Shown: positions 58,950 to 64,000 of the stretch, piece by piece
Layout of the letters: every line of letters begins with the position of its first letter
Position numbering within the stretch: position 1 is the first letter of the stretch
Assembly: GCA_041666325.1 (NCBI GenBank)
Contig: JBAYHC010000003.1
Span: forward strand, 159,102-223,101
Direction: 5' to 3'
Source: Patescibacteria group bacterium
GTDB taxonomy: Bacteria; Patescibacteriota; UBA1384; XYA2-FULL-43-10; 1-14-0-10-43-13
DNA length: 64,000 nt
Program-made: the position numbers and the translations under genes
The notes under the pieces: model-generated
Seen by the model: the letters and a program-made list of their open reading frames with translations, nothing else
Told to the model about the DNA's origin: nothing
Databases searched by the model: none

Positions 58950-59858
58950 ATGAAATGCTGTCCAATCTGCAGTAACTCGAAACCGATCGTCGATCGGAGA
59001 CTAAATAAAATAAAATTGGTAAAGTGCACAAAATGCGAGTTTGTTTACGCTGACCTGCCTGACGAGACAATAGTAAGAGAAAATTCTTCGTATTCCGAAA
59101 ACGCCGACTACCAATACAGCATCCAACAGACAAGCCTAGATAAGCTCTGGTTCAAATCTATCGCTCTAAAGCTAGTCAATGCTAGCGGAACGAACAAGGG
59201 GAAAATTTTGGACATTGGCTGCGGAAATGGCGTTTTCCTGGCATCTTTTCCCCAAAATTGGGACAAGTTCGGCCTAGACGTTTCACCCTGGTCAAAAAAG
59301 GGAGCGCTGCAAAACCGATATCATTTGATTCAAAAAGAACTGGAAAACGCCGAGCTACCAGACAATCACTTCGATATCATTACCAGTTTCTCAACCTTTG
59401 AGCATATCCCCCAGCCCAAGAAGCATTTAAAGGAAATACTAAGAATATTGAAGCCGGGAGGAATCGTATACATCGGGGCCGTGCCGAATTATGGCACAAT
59501 CAGTGTGCTGTTAAATCTCTCTAGCTTTGCGCGTAACGTTCCACCAGAACACTGCAATTTTTTTACAAAAAAAACTTTATCGTATCTGTTGGCTATGTCT
59601 GGAGTTGATGCAGAACTCAAATATAAGAAAATTAGAACTTATGGTATACCGGAAATACACAGGATTTATAGATACATAAACCAAAAGACCAGCAAAAATA
59701 ACAAACTTGCATTGAAAAACAACGGTCCATGCACAGCCGGACAGACAAAGACACGCCTTGGCCTATCCTGGCTGTTATCCGTCTACGATGCACTACCGTT
59801 TCCCTTCTTCACCGGTGACAAACTCGAGCTCTTAGCCATGAAGAAAGATAATAAATGA
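58950..59858 (+). CDS. class I SAM-dependent methyltransferase with an N-terminal zinc ribbon
   Basis: CPICSN...CTKCEF, then motif I ILDIGCGNGVF. Confidence 0.65.
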   Translation: MKCCPICSNSKPIVDRRLNKIKLVKCTKCEFVYADLPDETIVRENSSYSENADYQYSIQQTSLDKLWFKSIALKLVNASGTNKGKILDIGCGNGVFLASFPQNWDKFGLDVSPWSKKGALQNRYHLIQKELENAELPDNHFDIITSFSTFEHIPQPKKHLKEILRILKPGGIVYIGAVPNYGTISVLLNLSSFARNVPPEHCNFFTKKTLSYLLAMSGVDAELKYKKIRTYGIPEIHRIYRYINQKTSKNNKLALKNNGPCTAGQTKTRLGLSWLLSVYDALPFPFFTGDKLELLAMKKDNK

Positions 59859-61006
59859 AAAATCTACTTGTCCTAAATTATGAGTTTCCCCCGCTTGGCG
59901 GCGGAGCTGGTCCAGTTAGCTACGAGGTTGCCAGGGCCCTATCTGAAATGGGAAATTATAATATCGATGTTGTAACGATGGGCTTCAGCGGCCTGAACAC
60001 ATACGAAGAGATCAATCCTCTCTTTCGCATCCATCGAGTAAGATGCTTGCGCTCAAAAAAAGAGATTTGCTACCCCTGGGAACAAGCAACTTACCTTTTT
60101 TCGGCCTACCGAAAATGCAAACTACTAATGGCGAATAAAAAGTATGATATTTGTCATACTCACTTTTTGATTCCAACCGGAATTCTTGCCTTGCTTCTAA
60201 AACGGAGGTTTGTTCTGCCATACATCATCACGACCCATGGAAGCGACGTCCATGGGCACATTCCTCGCCTGAATAAGTATCATGCCATAATGAAACCCCT
60301 GTCTCGATCAATTGTTTCTAACGCCTTGGCTATCACATCACCATCACAAAAATTGTTATTAGAAATTGAACAACATTTTGACAACATAAAATCGAAAACC
60401 ACTATTATTTCTCATGGCATAATACCAGATATGTTTATCCCTGCTTCCCATAAAGGCAACCATATCCTTGTAGTAAATCGGCTTGTACCGATAAAGAGAA
60501 CAGATGAAATAATTAGAGCAATTTCAGAATGTCATCTAGGAAACTGGGATGTTAACATTGTTGGAGATGGCCCAGAGATTGGCAATCTCAAAAAGCTATC
60601 GAGGCAACTCAAAGTTGCCCATAAGATTAAATTCTGGGGATGGATCGATCACGGCGACAATAAGTTAAAAGATATATACAGCAAGGCGAAGGTTTTTGTT
60701 TCTGCAAGCAACAACGACAGCTTCAATATAAGTATCTTGGAGGCAATACAAGCCGGCTGCATTATAATTGCAAGCAACAAGAATGGCTTGATTGATGCTC
60801 TTGATAAATCTGGTGCAAAAATAATTACTTACCAGTCCGGCGATATGAAGGGATTAATCGCTAAACTTACCCATGCAATAAATCACACCGAGCACTACGA
60901 CGAAGCAGTGCTTCGCAATCGAGAAATAATCAACGCTGACTATAGCTGGAAGAAGATTGCTGCATCTTATCATTCAATTATTAACCATGTCCTTGACCAT
61001 GTCTAA
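59855..61006 (+). CDS. GT4-family (GT-B) glycosyltransferase
   Basis: GT-B architecture; C-terminal motif ...SNNDSFNISILEAIQAGCIIIAS (EX7E-type). Confidence 0.75.
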   Translation: MKNLLVLNYEFPPLGGGAGPVSYEVARALSEMGNYNIDVVTMGFSGLNTYEEINPLFRIHRVRCLRSKKEICYPWEQATYLFSAYRKCKLLMANKKYDICHTHFLIPTGILALLLKRRFVLPYIITTHGSDVHGHIPRLNKYHAIMKPLSRSIVSNALAITSPSQKLLLEIEQHFDNIKSKTTIISHGIIPDMFIPASHKGNHILVVNRLVPIKRTDEIIRAISECHLGNWDVNIVGDGPEIGNLKKLSRQLKVAHKIKFWGWIDHGDNKLKDIYSKAKVFVSASNNDSFNISILEAIQAGCIIIASNKNGLIDALDKSGAKIITYQSGDMKGLIAKLTHAINHTEHYDEAVLRNREIINADYSWKKIAASYHSIINHVLDHV

Positions 61007-62069
61007 AAAAATTTCCGCAGTCATAGTCAACTACAACAATAAGAAGGATATTGTCGAGCTACTCAGTGCCCTGATTGAGATGAAAGACACAGTCCAGGAA
61101 ATTATTGTTGTTGACGACTGCTCAACTGACAACGGTCCAGAACTGATTCGGCGCTTATTTCCCTCGGTACTCCTCCTAACAACATCGACAAATTCTGGCC
61201 CGGGATCAGCTCGAAATATCGGCATTAGGCAGGCAAAAAGCAAACTTGTACTGTGTCTTGATAGCGACATGGAAATACAGGCAAAAGATATCGAGAGACT
61301 GGTAAGTCACTCGGTCAAGAACACCAACTATCAATTCTATATACCGCGCATTGTTTTTAGTAGCAACCGCAAGCTAATCCAGCACGAGGATTGTCCGTTT
61401 CACTACCTGGGATTCTCCTTAAGATGCAGCAATTATGGCAAAAATATTCAAGACTGTGATAGCACTGCAAGAGCTATAGACACTTTCCAGAGCGGTTGTT
61501 TTCTCTTTGTAAGGAGGCCAAACCACACAGTCAGACCATTCGATGAAAATTATTTTTATGGCTTTGAAGACCTGGACTTTTCTTTTCAAAATACCATTGC
61601 TGGCAACAGAGCGATTCTGATTCCTACTGCAATTGCTTGCCACAAAAACACTCCTACGCAAGGACTGTCCTTCAAAAACAAGGGGAAGTACCCTACAAGG
61701 CGCCTGTTCTATATTGTGCGAAACAAATGGATTTTTGTTCTTAAAAACTATCCTATCACTACTCTCGTCCTAATTCTTCCGTTGGAGCTGATGCTTGATG
61801 CTGGCACTGCGCTATATTCAACTTTATACACGAACGATAAGTTTCTAGTATTAAAAAGTTACGCCTCCTTAATGCGCGCAATGCCGAATGTCCTATCGAG
61901 AAGAAGAAACCGATGCTCTTATCAACTAAATTCACCGGCGGCTCTTATCAAAAATAAACCAATGCCTTTGCCCCAAGTCCTTGAAAAGCAGACTCTGCTA
62001 TCTTCCCTGCTTCCGTATCTCAACAAGCTTCTGTTTGCCTACGGTAAATACATCTTAAGACTCAAGTAG
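60999..62069 (+). CDS. GT2-family glycosyltransferase
   Basis: ISAVIVNYNN...VVDDCSTD...DSD motifs. The ATG at 60999 overlaps the upstream stop (ATGTCTAA). Confidence 0.7.
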   Translation: MSKKISAVIVNYNNKKDIVELLSALIEMKDTVQEIIVVDDCSTDNGPELIRRLFPSVLLLTTSTNSGPGSARNIGIRQAKSKLVLCLDSDMEIQAKDIERLVSHSVKNTNYQFYIPRIVFSSNRKLIQHEDCPFHYLGFSLRCSNYGKNIQDCDSTARAIDTFQSGCFLFVRRPNHTVRPFDENYFYGFEDLDFSFQNTIAGNRAILIPTAIACHKNTPTQGLSFKNKGKYPTRRLFYIVRNKWIFVLKNYPITTLVLILPLELMLDAGTALYSTLYTNDKFLVLKSYASLMRAMPNVLSRRRNRCSYQLNSPAALIKNKPMPLPQVLEKQTLLSSLLPYLNKLLFAYGKYILRLK

Positions 62070-63092
62070 TTTCTTGTCTGATCGCAATGATTGCAATTTT
62101 AACAGCATAGACCGAAAAACAAACACTGGCAGCAGTATGATCATTCTGATCACGACGCACCTATCCTTGGTATTGGTAATCAACGCAAGGTTAAGACTCG
62201 AGTGCTTTGAGAAATAAATCTTTAATCCATTCTTCCACCCAAGCTCCAAGAGCTTATACGACTGAACAAAATGACTCCTGAAGACGAAAGCCCATCTTCT
62301 GGCCCATCTAATTTCCCGAATTGAAGAAATATAGTTAATTACCTTATAATCCTCCAGAATCATCTTGCCCGTAAGGCGATTCTTCTGAGTTACATTGCCG
62401 TCATGTACTCTGTAGTAATTTAGCCGCTCTGCTGAGTAGCAAACGTCTGAAATCAACAGAAATTTAGCCCAACACAGCCAATCCGCAGACTGGCTCATTG
62501 ATTCGTCTGCTAACCCAATTTGATTCCAACAATCGCTTCGGCAGACAACGCTGCTTGCATTTAGAATTTTGCCGGCATAATACGGGTATCGAGATAATTC
62601 GATTAGACCAGGGCTGAAAAAGTCGTTGCTCCACCGGACGCGATCATTCATAGATAACCGCTGAACACTCGGCCGCTGCCCAGCCTTGCTTACCACCCAT
62701 GACTGGCAATAAGCCAAGCCCGCAGTCGAATTAGCCTCCAATTTTTTAATCATCGTCTCAAGAAATTCCGGTGCTGAATAATCATCAGATTCGGCGATCC
62801 AGATATACTTTCCCCTCGCCTCTCTAATTCCTCTGTTCCATTGTATAAAGGGGCTTCCGCTGTTTGTATTATTAACAATAATCTTCGAGACATGAGGATT
62901 TTTCCGATACTTCTCAAATATCTCTAAACTATTGTCAGTGGAGGCATCGTCAAGAAAAATTACCTCAAAATCGCGCCAGGTTTGATCAAAAATTGTTTGC
63001 ATGCGCTGATCTAAAAATCTGGCATGATTGTAGTTGGGTACTATTACGCTGACTGTCGGCTGCCCAGAATGGTTTTTTAATAAGATGTTCAT
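62055..63092 (-). CDS. GT2-family glycosyltransferase
   Basis: VSVIVPNYNHARFL...FLDDASTD...ESDD motifs. Internal ATG at 63090-63092 chosen. Confidence 0.7.
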   Translation of the reverse strand: MNILLKNHSGQPTVSVIVPNYNHARFLDQRMQTIFDQTWRDFEVIFLDDASTDNSLEIFEKYRKNPHVSKIIVNNTNSGSPFIQWNRGIREARGKYIWIAESDDYSAPEFLETMIKKLEANSTAGLAYCQSWVVSKAGQRPSVQRLSMNDRVRWSNDFFSPGLIELSRYPYYAGKILNASSVVCRSDCWNQIGLADESMSQSADWLCWAKFLLISDVCYSAERLNYYRVHDGNVTQKNRLTGKMILEDYKVINYISSIREIRWARRWAFVFRSHFVQSYKLLELGWKNGLKIYFSKHSSLNLALITNTKDRCVVIRMIILLPVFVFRSMLLKLQSLRSDKKLLES

Positions 63093-63429
63093 TTTTAACT
63101 CTCTTGCTGATTGTAGTCCCGACAAAATAGCCTTCCGGGCCATATTTTTTCTATCACTAACCAGAAAATAACAGTGGTCATCTTCGATTACCAAACAAGG
63201 ACCTAAACAATGTCGCAACTCCAATCAAACGTTTCGAGAGAACTATTCTGGCTGGAATTGGCCACACTTTTTAAATATCTTTTATTGATTAACATATCAC
63301 ATATCGGTTATGATGACCGCGACGCTCGCCTGATTCTAGGCCCCTTTCTAGCTCACAATCAACAACTATGAACCGAGAGCAAATATGGCACTTAAAATAT
63401 AATGCTAACAATGTCTCAGAAAATTATCA

Positions 63430-64000
63430 AAAAGATTACCCGCGGTTTAAAGCTATCCCTATTCAGGTCAGCGTTCTATCCGGGCCACTTCTACTCGCCA
63501 CTACCAAGCCTTTCAGAAATTAAGCGGGCAAACATGTTTTTTGATCGCGGCAAACAACTTATTCGCGGAATTTCATTTAACGAAAAAGCCCAGATTAAGC
63601 TCCTGAAAGACCTGAAGAAATACTCCCTTGACTGCCCTTTTCCCGACACCAAAAAGAAAAACTTTCGCTATTTTTTCCTCAATGACTCTTATTCTTTCAG
63701 TGACGGCAATGTCCTCTACTCGATGATTAGACACTTGACCCCAAAGCGAATCATTGAGGTGGGATCAGGATATTCTACCTGTTTAATTCTAGACACGAAC
63801 GATCTTTATTACAACAATCGAATGAAGTGCAAGTTTATTGAACCGTATCCCAAAAAAGTATTCTCACTCATTCATGAGGAAGATAGAAAAAGAGTTATAA
63901 CCAAGCCCACCCAGAAGGTAGATCTTTCTCTTTTCAAGCAACTGGAAAACAACGATATCCTATTTATTGACTCGAGTCACGTCTCAAAGTTTAATAGCGA
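63430..64000 (+). CDS. class I SAM-dependent methyltransferase, 3'-truncated by the window end
   Basis: GHFYSPLPS motif and EVGSGYST (motif I-like). The open frame runs to position 64000. Confidence 0.55.

Overview
This window looks like a low-to-mid GC (~40-45%) bacterial chromosome segment with CPR/Patescibacteria-like character. Evidence for that: a streamlined dcw cluster lacking rsmH and murE, frequent weak or absent Shine-Dalgarno sites, use of GTG/TTG starts, and a 23S-5S pair with no 16S.

Housekeeping content:
- Cell-division and wall genes: a long minus-strand dcw operon (mraZ-ftsL-ftsI-murF-mraY-murD-ftsW-murG-murC-murB-ftsQ) plus a PBP1A-type enzyme.
- DNA repair: recJ, radA, recO, fpg and an orphan Rad52/Sak/DdrA-family annealing protein.
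- Translation: argS, tyrS, single-chain glyQS, tRNA-Pro(GGG), and 23S and 5S rRNA on the minus strand.

Accessory content:
- 3.2-9.9 kb: two tandem paralogous two-gene modules, each a small acidic helical protein followed by a giant (688 and 1232 aa) charged coiled-coil protein with A/G-rich hydrophobic hairpin segments and a conserved C-terminal domain. No family is recognisable, and this is the best candidate for an undescribed host-interaction or membrane-insertion system.
- 0.66-1.06 kb: a ~400-bp, ~65% GC island carrying a perfect-SD 101-aa ORF.
- 11.0-11.8 kb: a structured-RNA-rich or MITE-like intergenic region next to tRNA-Pro.
- 11.8-14.2 kb: a PP2C-like/TM/beta-propeller signalling protein.
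- 38.1-39.3 kb: an ImmA/IrrE-like metallopeptidase followed by a strongly promoted tiny gene.
- 42.7 kb: a heptanucleotide microsatellite inside fpg.
- 44.0-44.5 kb: a PadR regulator with repeat operators.
- 50.0-53.0 kb: tandem secreted Asn/Thr-rich repeat proteins, one with collagen-like GXY repeats and a sorting-signal-like C-terminus.
- 56.3-64 kb: a glycosylation locus (PMT/ArnT-like GT-C, Dpm1-like GT2, GT4, two GT2, two methyltransferases).

No CRISPR array and no obvious transposase were seen.
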